Shown here: positions 31,125 to 41,413 of the stretch, piece by piece
Position numbering within the stretch: the first letter of the stretch is position 1
Layout of the letters: each line of letters opens with the position of its first letter
Source: an uncultured Nitrospiraceae bacterium
Lineage (GTDB): Bacteria > Nitrospirota > Nitrospiria > Nitrospirales > Nitrospiraceae
DNA length: 64,000 bases
Assembly (NCBI GenBank): GCA_963730935.1
Contig: CAVSTP010000004.1
Location: forward strand, 1,088,001 to 1,152,000
Reading direction: 5' to 3'
Notes under the pieces: generated by a model
Seen by the model: only the letters and a program-made list of their open reading frames with translations
What the model was told of the DNA's origin: nothing
The model's database searches: none
Position numbers and translations under genes: made by a program

Positions 31125-34085
31125 ATGCAGCATATGCTATCGCGAGGACGATCGGCGGATCATATGTTTTCGCTAGCCACATTTGGCGCAGTGACAATGC
31201 TTTTATGCGTGTCTCCAACGGTGTCCTCCTTCGCCGAGCAATTGGTGGCCTTGGGTCAGGAAAGGGCTCAGGTCTCTGATCGAACGACTACGAAAACTGT
31301 CTCAACGTCGAAGGAACAGGCGCCGGTTCGTAAGTCGCACAAGCTCATTAGAAAATCAGCGCCAGTTGCTTCTGTGCAGCTCAATGCCATAACAACGTCC
31401 CCAACAAACTCCACGGCTCTTAAGGCGCCGACGCCTACCACCAGCGAAACGACAGCGACTCAGATTCAGAGCAAGGGTACGACAGCCCTGAGTTCAGCAA
31501 CCTCCAGGACCGTCGCCCCAGCAAACTCATCTATCACCACAACGACACCCACGACATCCCTTTCACTCGCCGGTGCTCTGTCCAGTCCGGCCTCCTCGAC
31601 GTTGTCCGGCGCGTCGTCTCTGTCAGCCGTAGCTGTTCCAGGCTCATCCAACGCGGGAGTAAACTCCACCAACGGACGAGGGATGAAAAAGTTATCCGCA
31701 GCGATGCCGGGGTTGACCCAGCTATTAACGCCGACGACGTCGACCGTGTCGACTTCTGCACCTGTGACGCCGGCGATCGCACGGAATCCGGCATCCATCT
31801 CGTTCTCGGCCGTTCAGAACGGCGCCAATCCATCGAGCCAAACGGTCACCGTTACCAACAGCGGTTCTGGAACGATGAACTGGACAGCCGCCTCTTCAGT
31901 GCCTTGGCTGACGATAAACGGGGGTAGCGCTGCGTCAGGAACCAATAGTGGATCATTTGCCGTCGGCGTCAATATGAGCGGGCTTTCCGTCGGGAACTAT
32001 GCAGGCACAGTGACGATTGCGGCCACAGGGGCAACTAATACCCCTCAAGCCATCGCCGTCACACTCTCGGTCACCGCGGTCCCTACCCCTACGGTTGGTT
32101 TGAGCGCGACGAGTTTATCTTTCACGGCCATACAAGGCGGCAACAATCCAAGCACTCAAACGTTCACGATCAGCAATACAGGCGCTGGCACTCTGAACTG
32201 GTCGGTTATAGAAAATGCGGCTTGGTTGACCCCCAGCGTTCTGAGTGGAACCGGCGCTGGTTCTGTGACGTTGACTGTCAACATAGCGGGAATGTCGGCA
32301 GGAACCTACACAACACCTTTGACGGTTGCGGCGACGGGCGCGACAAACACGCCACAAACCGTCGCGGTGACTCTCACACTCACCGCACCATTGATTCCGA
32401 CTATCGGTCTTGCACCAACCAGCCTGAGCTTTTCGACGACTCAGGGCGGCACCAGTCCCTCGGCTCAAACTGTGAGCATTAACAACTCAGGCACCGGAAC
32501 CCTAAGTTGGAACGCCACGAGCACTGCCTCTTGGCTCTCGGTTTCTCCAGCGTCTGGCACCGGTCCAGGTTCGCTCGCTGCAACCGCCAACGTGACGGGA
32601 CTTTCAGCCGGAACATACACAGCCTCAATCACAGTCACAGGAACCGGTGCAACCAATTCACCACAGTCGATCCCTGTCTCATTGACCGTCGCAGCCCCCG
32701 CACCAACGTTGACGATCGGCTCTTCGAGTTTGACCTTCACCGGTACGCAGGGTGCAACTAACCCAGCCGCCCAATCGCTGTCGATCACATCGAACGCGTC
32801 GTGGACCGTCACGGAGGCGGTCAGCTGGCTTACAGTGAGCCCCGCCAGCGGCTCGAATAACGGCACCCTCACCGTCGCCGTAGATACGGCCACGGCCGCA
32901 GTCGGCAGCAACACCGGCGCGATCACCGTGACCGGTGGCGGACTGACCCGCACCGTCAACGTCACGCTCACGCTCAATGCCGCTGCACCAACGTTGACGA
33001 TCGGCTCTTCGAGTTTGACCTTCACCGGTACGCAGGGTGCAACTAACCCAGCCGCCCAATCGCTGTCGATCACATCGAACGCGTCGTGGACCGTCACGGA
33101 GGCGGTCAGCTGGCTTACAGTGAGCCCCGCCAGCGGCTCGAATAACGGCACCCTCACCGTCGCCGTAGATACGGCCACGGCCGCAGTCGGCAGCAACACC
33201 GGCGCGATCACCGTGACCGGTGGCGGACTGACCCGCACCGTCAACGTCACGCTCACGCTCAATGCCGCTGCACCAACGTTGACGATCGGCTCTTCGAGTT
33301 TGACCTTCACCGGTACGCAGGGTGCAACTAACCCAGCCGCCCAATCGCTGTCGATCACATCGAACGCGTCGTGGACCGTCACGGAGGCGGTCAGCTGGCT
33401 TACAGTGAGCCCCGCCAGCGGCTCGAATAACGGCACCCTCACCGTCGCCGTAGATACGGCCACGGCCGCAGTCGGCAGCAACACCGGCGCGATCACCGTG
33501 ACCGGTGGCGGACTGACCCGCACCGTCAACGTCACGCTCACGCTGGCCGCAGCGCCTACGACGCTCAACGTCAGCCCGAGCAGTCTGACCTTCACTGCAA
33601 CTCAAGGCGCCGCCAATCCAGCCACCCAAGCGCTCGCTATTACTTCGAATACCAGTTGGAGCGTCAGTGAAAACGCCAGTTGGCTGACGGTCAATCCTCT
33701 CACGGCCTCAAACAACAGCACCCTTACGGTCAGCGTGAACACAGCAACGGCATCGGTAGGGACAAACAGCGCGACTATTACCCTTACAGGTGGAGGCACG
33801 ACAAGGACGGTCGGCGTCACGTTGACCCTCAATCCGACATCGACCTCGTCAGCTAACCTCACGTGGGACCCAAATACCGATCTGGATCTGGCTTCGTACA
33901 GGGTCTATCAGTCCACGACCCCAGGCGTATATGGAACGGCGATCGCCACCGTGCCGGCTGCGGGTTTCACCTACACAGTGACAGGCTTAACCATGGGAAC
34001 TACCTACTATTTCCGAATCACGGCGGTTGATTCCGCAGGCAATGAGAGCTTGCCGTCAAACGAGGTCAGCAAGAGCGTCTTTTGA
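31125..34085 (+). CDS. Large secreted Ser/Thr-rich protein: low-complexity N-terminus, seven BACON/Ig-like domains, C-terminal Fn3 domain
   Basis: GAGGAGG RBS before ATG 31125; signal peptide ending SFA; repeats of SLxF...QG.NP..Q...W......WL.V.P.SG; Fn3 LTWDP...YRVY...GL..GTTYYFRITAVD..GNES. Confidence 0.88.
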   Translation: MQHMLSRGRSADHMFSLATFGAVTMLLCVSPTVSSFAEQLVALGQERAQVSDRTTTKTVSTSKEQAPVRKSHKLIRKSAPVASVQLNAITTSPTNSTALKAPTPTTSETTATQIQSKGTTALSSATSRTVAPANSSITTTTPTTSLSLAGALSSPASSTLSGASSLSAVAVPGSSNAGVNSTNGRGMKKLSAAMPGLTQLLTPTTSTVSTSAPVTPAIARNPASISFSAVQNGANPSSQTVTVTNSGSGTMNWTAASSVPWLTINGGSAASGTNSGSFAVGVNMSGLSVGNYAGTVTIAATGATNTPQAIAVTLSVTAVPTPTVGLSATSLSFTAIQGGNNPSTQTFTISNTGAGTLNWSVIENAAWLTPSVLSGTGAGSVTLTVNIAGMSAGTYTTPLTVAATGATNTPQTVAVTLTLTAPLIPTIGLAPTSLSFSTTQGGTSPSAQTVSINNSGTGTLSWNATSTASWLSVSPASGTGPGSLAATANVTGLSAGTYTASITVTGTGATNSPQSIPVSLTVAAPAPTLTIGSSSLTFTGTQGATNPAAQSLSITSNASWTVTEAVSWLTVSPASGSNNGTLTVAVDTATAAVGSNTGAITVTGGGLTRTVNVTLTLNAAAPTLTIGSSSLTFTGTQGATNPAAQSLSITSNASWTVTEAVSWLTVSPASGSNNGTLTVAVDTATAAVGSNTGAITVTGGGLTRTVNVTLTLNAAAPTLTIGSSSLTFTGTQGATNPAAQSLSITSNASWTVTEAVSWLTVSPASGSNNGTLTVAVDTATAAVGSNTGAITVTGGGLTRTVNVTLTLAAAPTTLNVSPSSLTFTATQGAANPATQALAITSNTSWSVSENASWLTVNPLTASNNSTLTVSVNTATASVGTNSATITLTGGGTTRTVGVTLTLNPTSTSSANLTWDPNTDLDLASYRVYQSTTPGVYGTAIATVPAAGFTYTVTGLTMGTTYYFRITAVDSAGNESLPSNEVSKSVF
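32700..33544 (+). repeat. Intragenic tandem repeat, 285-bp unit, about 3 identical copies
   Basis: gcaccaacgttgacgatcggctc recurs at 32700, 32985 and 33270; I found no differences between copies by eye. Confidence 0.97.
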
Positions 34086-34228
34086 TCAGACGCTCACCTT
34101 TATTGGCGGGAGATATTAGGCCTTCTCTTGAGGATGGTCCGACTTGGTTTTTTTCAAACCGCAACGAGCCAACATTTGGCAGAGTGTCGGCCGGCTCACG
34201 CCGAGGGATGCGGCTGCTCGAGTCACAT

Positions 34229-34271
34229 TGCCTTCGGCCTTTTCCTGCCCATTCTCAGGAGGCCGAATGCA
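34229..34271. other. GC-rich hairpin between convergent genes
   Basis: TGCCTTCGGCCT-tt-TCCTG-cccattct-CAGGA-GGCCGAATGCA; no flanking U tract. Confidence 0.4.
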
Positions 34272-34434
34272 GTTGCGATGTCCGTCACACCTCACCGCGC
34301 ACTATTGGTTAGAACCTCGGTCGTTGTTCAACTCTTGGCAGCACTCTTCTCTCATTGCATCAGCGTGTATCAGCTTCGAGGTGCATGAGCTCTTAGCACA
34401 CCAGAAAAATGCAGTCGAATAGCACTCCTCCAAG

Positions 34435-36735
34435 TCAGACGCGTTGCCGACTCTCTATCATCGTGTAATCGTTCATATAATAGGGTAAAGACTGATTCGC
34501 CACAGCATTAAGAATCACTTGAATCGGTTTGGATCCTCTGAGTGAACCTAAAGCGCGTCTCACGACTTGTTGTGACGTTTGATTTGCTCTGACCACCAGA
34601 AGTAACAAGTCCACATGCCGTTCCAACACATTCATGGTGGCAACAGGAAGAATCGGTGGAGCGTTCAGAAGGACGTAATCGAATTTTTCCCGCATCTGCG
34701 CAAACACCCACTCGAGCCGATCGGTGTTCTTTAACAGCTCAGTGGGATCGGCCTCAGCCATCCCCGCCGGCATAATCCAGCATGGGATTTCCGCGAAGGA
34801 GGCTGTAGCAGCTTCAAGATTGCAATCCCCTCGCAGATAATCAATCAAGCCATATTGTGTCGGTCTTTCAAGAAAGCACTTCAGCTCTGGATAGACAAAA
34901 TCGCAATCGACCACAAGCACTCGCTTCCCGAAATCGCGAGCGAGCGTGTACCCTAGATTGATGACTGTTGTTGTTTTTCCCTCACCTTTAATCGCACTGG
35001 TCACCACCGCCACACCGGCCCCCCCACTGCTCAACTGTAGACGCGCGGCGGCAACGCGATACTGCTCAGCAGCCATGGAACGAGGGAACAACTTCGCGAC
35101 AAACCGCCGATCGTTTCCATAAGAATGAGCCGCATAGTTCTGAAGGCGATTACCGATTGCGCTATCCTCCGTTGCAGCATCCATCTCATCCGCGAGACTT
35201 CCCAGTCGCCTCGGTAGGTATGCACTGGAGAAATTGCGTCTGGCCTTTACCGGATTCCAGAGAAACGCAAAATCCGGAATGGCTGCGAGTAACTGTGGCC
35301 CAATGGCGACTTCCACATCCTCTGCCCGGCGGAACTGAGGCGTAAGCCGTTCTCGCAAAACCGACAGTCCCACACCGAGCACACATCCGAACAGCAGACC
35401 TAATACCAACACCCTCGGTTTATTCGGTTTGACAGGGTTCCGCGAAAGTCCAGGTACATCTAGGATGCGGTATTTTCCGCTCTTTTGCTGTTTTCCCAAA
35501 TTCCCCGTCACACGCGCATGGAGCCGTTTGTCCAACAGCATGGCGTAATTGCCCTTCATGTTCATGTAGTCGCGTTCCAACGTCAGCAATTCCTGTTCCA
35601 CTCCAGGAGATCTCTCAATACGTTTTTCATGAGATTTCTTTTCGGCGTAAAGCATCTGCTGCCGACGCTTCAAGAGATTCACCTCGTTCTTGCTCTCAGT
35701 CTGAAGTTTCGTCAAATCTTGAATATAGGGATCGTTGACCGACTTATCGGGCCTGATGGCATCGGGACCACTCAATTCGATCAATTCGGCTTCGACTTGG
35801 CGCAATTCCTCCTTCGTCACCAGAACCTCAGGATACTCGTCATAGAATTCTGCCTTGAGCTTAAGTAACTTTTCTCTGAGCTCTTTGTGCCGGCGGAAAA
35901 GCGGGTCGGCCTCGATCGAGGTGGTTTTCAGCGAAGGAATTTGGCGGCCGTATACTCGGTAGTCGTGCACAGCGTTATCGAGGATAGTCAATTTGTCAGT
36001 TTGCCGCTGGATATTCTCATTGACGGTATTGATTTCGATGTCCAAACGGTCCAGCGCACGAAGGTTCGCATCCGTTTGCTGTGGAAGTTCTCCGATGTGG
36101 ACGGTTTTGAACTGGCTAATTTGCTCTTCTTTCTTCTCCAATTCGAGCTTCAATCTCTGCAACTCATCATCGAGGAAGTCCACGGTACCCTCGACATCCT
36201 TTTCACGTTCCCTGCTGTTTTCCTGAATGAATTTGTCGGCGATGCGAGCAGTCACTTTCATCGCTGTCATGGGATCGGGATGTATGAAAGACACCGTAAA
36301 GGCCTCGACGCCGGTGAGGCCGGCCGAAGGGTCCATCTTGACCCTCTCAACGAGGGTAGACCCAGCCAGTGTTAAAACGGCGGCGTTCTCATCTCCTTCT
36401 TCTCGTAGTTCGGGGTATAAATTGAATTCCTTTGCGATAGAATTCAAGAAGTTCAGACTCATAATCTGCCGCTGAACCAAAAACAATTGCTGCTCAAACT
36501 TATCCTCTACCGTTTTTTGAACCACGCTCTCAAATAGCTTCGGCTCCTCGACCACGAGCAATGCTTCCGACCGGTAATACTTGGTAGCGATAAGACAATA
36601 ACTCCATGCCAGCGCTGCGCAGACGGCAATGCAGCCCAAAATAAGCCATTTGCTTCGCTGTGCGATTCCAAGGTACTCGTGCATAATGGCTGTGCCCGAC
36701 TGTTCCGCTCGCGGGGCCGGCATGATGGGATTCAT
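34435..36735 (-). CDS. wzc: Wzc-type polysaccharide co-polymerase / tyrosine kinase
   Basis: Two TMs flanking coiled coils, PVKPNK, AEQYR, Walker A SAIKGEGKTT, C-terminal Tyr residues. Confidence 0.88.
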   Translation of the reverse strand: MNPIMPAPRAEQSGTAIMHEYLGIAQRSKWLILGCIAVCAALAWSYCLIATKYYRSEALLVVEEPKLFESVVQKTVEDKFEQQLFLVQRQIMSLNFLNSIAKEFNLYPELREEGDENAAVLTLAGSTLVERVKMDPSAGLTGVEAFTVSFIHPDPMTAMKVTARIADKFIQENSREREKDVEGTVDFLDDELQRLKLELEKKEEQISQFKTVHIGELPQQTDANLRALDRLDIEINTVNENIQRQTDKLTILDNAVHDYRVYGRQIPSLKTTSIEADPLFRRHKELREKLLKLKAEFYDEYPEVLVTKEELRQVEAELIELSGPDAIRPDKSVNDPYIQDLTKLQTESKNEVNLLKRRQQMLYAEKKSHEKRIERSPGVEQELLTLERDYMNMKGNYAMLLDKRLHARVTGNLGKQQKSGKYRILDVPGLSRNPVKPNKPRVLVLGLLFGCVLGVGLSVLRERLTPQFRRAEDVEVAIGPQLLAAIPDFAFLWNPVKARRNFSSAYLPRRLGSLADEMDAATEDSAIGNRLQNYAAHSYGNDRRFVAKLFPRSMAAEQYRVAAARLQLSSGGAGVAVVTSAIKGEGKTTTVINLGYTLARDFGKRVLVVDCDFVYPELKCFLERPTQYGLIDYLRGDCNLEAATASFAEIPCWIMPAGMAEADPTELLKNTDRLEWVFAQMREKFDYVLLNAPPILPVATMNVLERHVDLLLLVVRANQTSQQVVRRALGSLRGSKPIQVILNAVANQSLPYYMNDYTMIESRQRV

Positions 36736-36820
36736 TCATTTCCTCCGAATGTGTTGCAGGACTGATACCTATTGGTCGACATTATCATAAACCAGACTTC
36801 CCATAGCTACGAATACTGAC

Positions 36821-39388
36821 CTAACGAACGACTCCCTCGTCAATTGCGTCTAGCCCGCTCGGCAACATCGCAGTCTCGGAATGCCCCATTGGGCTGAAAC
36901 TCGGCACAATGTCCTTGAGGCGGGCAACGACCGTACCTGGCTTGTCAAGGTAAGCTGCTGCTTCCAACGCAATCAACTGTTTCTTGAACCATTCGAATCC
37001 AGGCAGACATGTAGAGCGAATCTGCAAGATTTTTTCCAGAGACGAGGCCACGGCAAGCTCTCCTTCACCGACGAGCTCTTCTTGAAGTTTCTCCCCTCCA
37101 CGTAATCCGACAAACCGAATAGGAATGTCCTTTCCGGCCACGAACCCAGACAATCTGATCAGGTTTCTAGCCAGGTCGAGAACCTTGATCTGCTCGCCCA
37201 TGTCCAAAATATAGATTCCGCCTTGTTCGCCGATCGTCGCGGCTTGGAGAACCAACTGAACTGCCTCAGGAATCAACATGAAATATCTTTGGATCTCGGG
37301 ATGGGTGACGGTGACCGGCCCCCCTGCCTTGATTTGCTCTTGGAAACGTAAGAGCACGCTTCCACTGCTGCCCAGCACATTGCCGAAGCGCACGGTGAGA
37401 AACCGGGTTCGACTGTGTCTTGCGATATCTTGGACAATGAGTTCGGCAACCCGCTTGGTTGCGCCCATCACGCTTGAAGGATTGACCGCCTTGTCAGTGG
37501 AGATTTGGACAAACTGTTCAACCCCATATTTGTTGGCAGTCTCCGCAGTAATGCGCGTACCGATGCAGTTGTTCTTTAGCGCTTCCGCTGGATTCTGCTC
37601 GACAAGCGGCACGTGTTTATGAGCCGCGGCGTGAAACAGGATCTGCGGACGATGCTCATCCATCACCATCGAGAGCCGGAGCACATCCGTGACATCACCA
37701 ATGATGGGAATAAGCGGGAATCGAAATCCCTTATCTTCCAGCTCCTTGTGAATGGTGTACAAACTGTTTTCGTGACGCTCATAGAGCAAAAGCGCACGAG
37801 GCTCCAACGAACTGATTTGACGTGCCAGCTCAGAACCGATCGAGCCACCGGCTCCCGTAATCAAGACACATTTACCGCGAACCATGTCCCGTGTAGCATC
37901 AAAGGCGAGATTCACTGGTACGCGCGGAAGCAGATCGGGAAGAGAGATGTTTCGAATCTGGCTCAGCGTGCTCTGGCCTACCAGCAAGTCCTCCGCTCCT
38001 GGCAACGTCTTTATAGAGACCTCATAGGGCTCCAGCTGTGTGATAAGATCTCTCAAGAAAGCAGGTGTCGCTTTGGGAACAGCAACCACCACTTCCTCGG
38101 GCTTGTATTCCTCTACGAGTCTGGGAAGGTCACCCAGGGTTCCCAATACCCTCACACCATGAATACGCTTGTTCACGAGGGAAACCTGGTCATCCACAAA
38201 TCCGATAGGTTGGCAATTGTATTCTGGGCGAGTCTTCATCTCTCGCACGACACGTTCACCAGTATCGCCGGCGCCCACCACGAGCACCTTTTTTCTCTTG
38301 CGATAGATCATTTGTTCACGGAAGATCCGGGAAGGTAATCTCACTCCCGTAAGAAATCCGATCAACAAAAGACTGTCAATCACGAAAATAGAGCGCGGGT
38401 AACCCCCGATCTCCATTCCCCAGTTGACCCAGCCATAGAATACCACTGTGCTTGTTAAGACCCCGCTCACGATGTTCTGCAGGTCCCAAATACTGGTATA
38501 TCTCCAAAGCCCGGCATGCAGACCGAAAATACTAAATGCGACCGCGCGGATCCCAATCAGTGGGAGGATCGTTGCTTGGAGCTGTTCGATTTCCTGCGAC
38601 GATAATTTCCCATCGAATCTCAAAACAAAAGCCAGGTAATTGGCCGCGCCAATAAGGGCCACATCAAGCAATACGATCATCGGCCGTCGCCACTTGAGGA
38701 TGAATGACGAGATGCGGGCCCAGGGAAAGGCCGATGGCGACTTCGATGGCGACTTCGGTGCAACCCGCAGATCCGGGATCTCACAAGCGACATACGACGA
38801 GTTCACCATGCGAAGCAGTGTTTGAACGAGAATGGCGAAATCCAGTCGGAAGGACATGTGCTCAACGTAGAGTTTTGCCAACCGGAGCTTTTCCGGAAGA
38901 ATCTTCGTTTGATAGGCCTCTTCCGGGTTCGAAAAACGTGCAAGGACGGCCGACTCGTTGATGTACTTTACGGACGCAAAATCAGTAAGTCCGGGCCGAA
39001 CCACGAGAACGTCGGCAAATTCAGAGCGCAAGGGCTCCACATACCGCGGCACTTCTGGCCTTGGTCCCACGAGACTCATATCGCCGATTAGCACGTTCAC
39101 CAGCTGGGGGAGTTCGTCAAGCTTGAGCTTGCGCAAGATTTTTCCAACTCTCGTCACACGAGCGTCACGTCCAATCGTCAGCAGCGAACCTTGGGTAGAA
39201 ACTTTGTGCAGCATGGTTCGAAACTTGTACATTTTGAACGGACTCATGCCCCTGCCCACTCGCACTTGTCGAAAGATCACAGGTCCATGTGAATCCAGCT
39301 TGATCAGGAGTGAGATGAATACAAGGAGTGGCAAAGTGATCAGTAATCCAAGTGAAGCCACGGTGACATCAAACGCCCGCTTCATCAT
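36821..39388 (-). CDS. Fusion of a monotopic phosphoglycosyl transferase (PglC-like) and a PglF/CapD/WbpM-like UDP-GlcNAc 4,6-dehydratase
   Basis: N-terminal KRAFD, YKFRTM, LDELPQLVNVLIGDMSLVGPRPE; C-terminal TGAGGSIGSEL, HAAAHKHVP, STDKAVNPSSVMGATKR, VRFGNVLGSSGSV. Confidence 0.92.
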   Translation of the reverse strand: MMKRAFDVTVASLGLLITLPLLVFISLLIKLDSHGPVIFRQVRVGRGMSPFKMYKFRTMLHKVSTQGSLLTIGRDARVTRVGKILRKLKLDELPQLVNVLIGDMSLVGPRPEVPRYVEPLRSEFADVLVVRPGLTDFASVKYINESAVLARFSNPEEAYQTKILPEKLRLAKLYVEHMSFRLDFAILVQTLLRMVNSSYVACEIPDLRVAPKSPSKSPSAFPWARISSFILKWRRPMIVLLDVALIGAANYLAFVLRFDGKLSSQEIEQLQATILPLIGIRAVAFSIFGLHAGLWRYTSIWDLQNIVSGVLTSTVVFYGWVNWGMEIGGYPRSIFVIDSLLLIGFLTGVRLPSRIFREQMIYRKRKKVLVVGAGDTGERVVREMKTRPEYNCQPIGFVDDQVSLVNKRIHGVRVLGTLGDLPRLVEEYKPEEVVVAVPKATPAFLRDLITQLEPYEVSIKTLPGAEDLLVGQSTLSQIRNISLPDLLPRVPVNLAFDATRDMVRGKCVLITGAGGSIGSELARQISSLEPRALLLYERHENSLYTIHKELEDKGFRFPLIPIIGDVTDVLRLSMVMDEHRPQILFHAAAHKHVPLVEQNPAEALKNNCIGTRITAETANKYGVEQFVQISTDKAVNPSSVMGATKRVAELIVQDIARHSRTRFLTVRFGNVLGSSGSVLLRFQEQIKAGGPVTVTHPEIQRYFMLIPEAVQLVLQAATIGEQGGIYILDMGEQIKVLDLARNLIRLSGFVAGKDIPIRFVGLRGGEKLQEELVGEGELAVASSLEKILQIRSTCLPGFEWFKKQLIALEAAAYLDKPGTVVARLKDIVPSFSPMGHSETAMLPSGLDAIDEGVVR

Positions 39389-40545
39389 CTTCTGCTCTCC
39401 TTGACAAGGTTTCTCACGATCTCAATCACCCGTGCAACATCAGCTTCCGCCATCTTGGAGTACAACGGCAATGAAAGTACGCGTTGAAACAATTTACTCG
39501 CTACAGGAAAGTCATCTGGCCGATAACCACACGTGTCACGATAGTAGGGATGAAGGTGAAGAGGAATGAAATGGACACTGCACCCGATACCGGCCTGCTG
39601 AAGTCGACGTATGAACTCATTGCGGGTAATGCGCAAACGATCCAGATCCAACTGAATCACATAAAGATGCCAGGCATGTTGCACATTAGAGGAGGCATGC
39701 GGGCAAACAATTTCGGGCAAATCACAAAATCCCTCCTGATAGAGGGCGGCATACCGTTCTCGCGTCTTCCAGAAACGGTCACACTTTTTCAGTTGTGCAA
39801 GCCCAAGCGCGGCAGCGATATCGGTGAGGTTGTATTTAAACCCCGGAGAGAGAATCTCATAGTACCAAGATCCTTCCGCAGAATAGCGGTTCCAGGCATC
39901 GCGACTCAGGCCATGTAGGCTCATCATACGCACTCGCGCCGCATACTCTGGGTTATCAGTCGTAATCATGCCGCCTTCGCCTGTGGTGATGTTTTTCGTT
40001 GCATAGAATGAGAAGCACGTGCTCTCGCCGATGCTTCCGACGGTCTTTCCGTTATATCGAGCTGGAAGTGCGTGGGCGGCATCTTCTATGACCCGCAAAT
40101 CATGAGCATGGGCGATTGATAAAATTTGATCCATATCGCAAGGATGCCCCGCAAAATGGACAGGAATGATCGCCTTGGTTCTATCGGTGATAGCCTGCTC
40201 TAACCGGCTGGTGTCCAGATTCAGTGTGTCGTCGGCACAATCAACGAGCACTGGCTTGGCCTTAAAGTAGGTCACAACCTCTGCGGTTGCCGCAAAGGTC
40301 ATGGTCGGAACAAGGACCTCATCTCCTTCACGGACCCCTGCAGCTTCAAGCGCAAGATGGAGGGCAGCCGTGCAAGAGTTCACCGCGATTGCATGCTTAG
40401 CCCCCACCACAGCGGCAAATTCCAGTTCAAAATCCCTCGCCTTGGGTCCGGTCGTCAACCACCCAGACCGCAGAACATCAAGGACTTCGGTGATTTCTTC
40501 ATCCCCTATGTCAGGTACGTGGAAGGGAAGCATTTTTTGATCCAT
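39385..40545 (-). CDS. DegT/DnrJ/EryC1/StrS sugar aminotransferase
   Basis: SGWLTTGP, NSCTAALHLAL, EDAAHA, FSFYATKNITTGEGG; start moved to ATG 40545. Confidence 0.95.
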   Translation of the reverse strand: MDQKMLPFHVPDIGDEEITEVLDVLRSGWLTTGPKARDFELEFAAVVGAKHAIAVNSCTAALHLALEAAGVREGDEVLVPTMTFAATAEVVTYFKAKPVLVDCADDTLNLDTSRLEQAITDRTKAIIPVHFAGHPCDMDQILSIAHAHDLRVIEDAAHALPARYNGKTVGSIGESTCFSFYATKNITTGEGGMITTDNPEYAARVRMMSLHGLSRDAWNRYSAEGSWYYEILSPGFKYNLTDIAAALGLAQLKKCDRFWKTRERYAALYQEGFCDLPEIVCPHASSNVQHAWHLYVIQLDLDRLRITRNEFIRRLQQAGIGCSVHFIPLHLHPYYRDTCGYRPDDFPVASKLFQRVLSLPLYSKMAEADVARVIEIVRNLVKESRR

Positions 40546-40888
40546 CAAAATGCCCGTAACTGTTGATAGACGTGTTGTTTTGATTGCATTAGAATCCGTC
40601 AAAATCGCACAAAGCACAACCCACCTTTGGAGGGGGCGGAGCCCCCACAAAGGCCGACTAGAATGAACCCGAGTTGGATCTTTTGGCTAGAAATTGGGCG
40701 AAAGGCGAGGTCTGGCGGGTATTTGAGCGGTCAGAGGATAACGGACACAGGGGTGACGGAGGGGACCTGAAGGACTTTGGTGAAGTCGGACAGCCGACAA
40801 TAACTCAACGGACCAGGGGCTAGAACCTTAACGTACGCTTTCACCTGTCGTGACGGGGAACAACGCATCAGGTTTCTGCCCTCTACTC

Positions 40889-41413
40889 TTATCCACTCTC
40901 GAGGCTCGGTCGGTCTCCCACGGCGGTTGTGGAGTGATGAGATGCGTCGCCTTCGAGTGGTTGTTCCGACTCCACGGTCAGATCAGCCTCCGAACCCTTG
41001 AGTTTGGATTGACCCTCCATTAATTTTGTCCAAGCCAGACGCGCTGACTGAGTGGACAAACCATGCCGTTGCCAGACGTAGCGCACCATAGTGGGCGTGA
41101 CGTTGCCTCCCTCAGATCTCATCTCTCCAGCAAGCCTGACGTAACTAATGAACGGGCACTTCCGCGTTTGTAAGAGAATTTGTTCTTCCAACTGAGCCGG
41201 TGTGCGATTGGGCATCTCAGGCTTTCGACGAACCCGTGGCGCCAAGCCTTCCCTGCCGTAGAGCTCGTAGGCCTTCTTCATCGCATAGAACTGCGATCGG
41301 CTTACGCCGGCAAGCTTGCATGCCTTGGCGGTGTTCCTCAGTTCGGCCGCCATCGCAAGAATTCCAAGTCGGGCACGAATGAGTTGATCCCGCGTCGTCA
41401 TCTGATACCTCAC
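40889..41413 (-). CDS. Helix-turn-helix protein resembling the N-terminal half of IS481-family transposases, no DDE domain
   Basis: RLGILAMAAELRNTAKACKLAGVSRSQFY...RRKP..PNR...VRYVWQRHGL, then a low-complexity tail and stop. Confidence 0.7.
   Translation of the reverse strand: MRYQMTTRDQLIRARLGILAMAAELRNTAKACKLAGVSRSQFYAMKKAYELYGREGLAPRVRRKPEMPNRTPAQLEEQILLQTRKCPFISYVRLAGEMRSEGGNVTPTMVRYVWQRHGLSTQSARLAWTKLMEGQSKLKGSEADLTVESEQPLEGDASHHSTTAVGDRPSLESG

Noticed and set aside
32465..33629. Long repetitive minus-strand ORFs, or a CRISPR/DGR reading of the repeats
   Set aside because: The repeats are in-frame 285-bp protein domains with no spacers or adenine-specific variation, and no cas or reverse transcriptase gene is present.
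40546..40650. N-terminal extension MWGLRPLQRW of the aminotransferase
   Set aside because: Family similarity begins at MLPFHVP; the extension covers a probable non-coding hairpin region.
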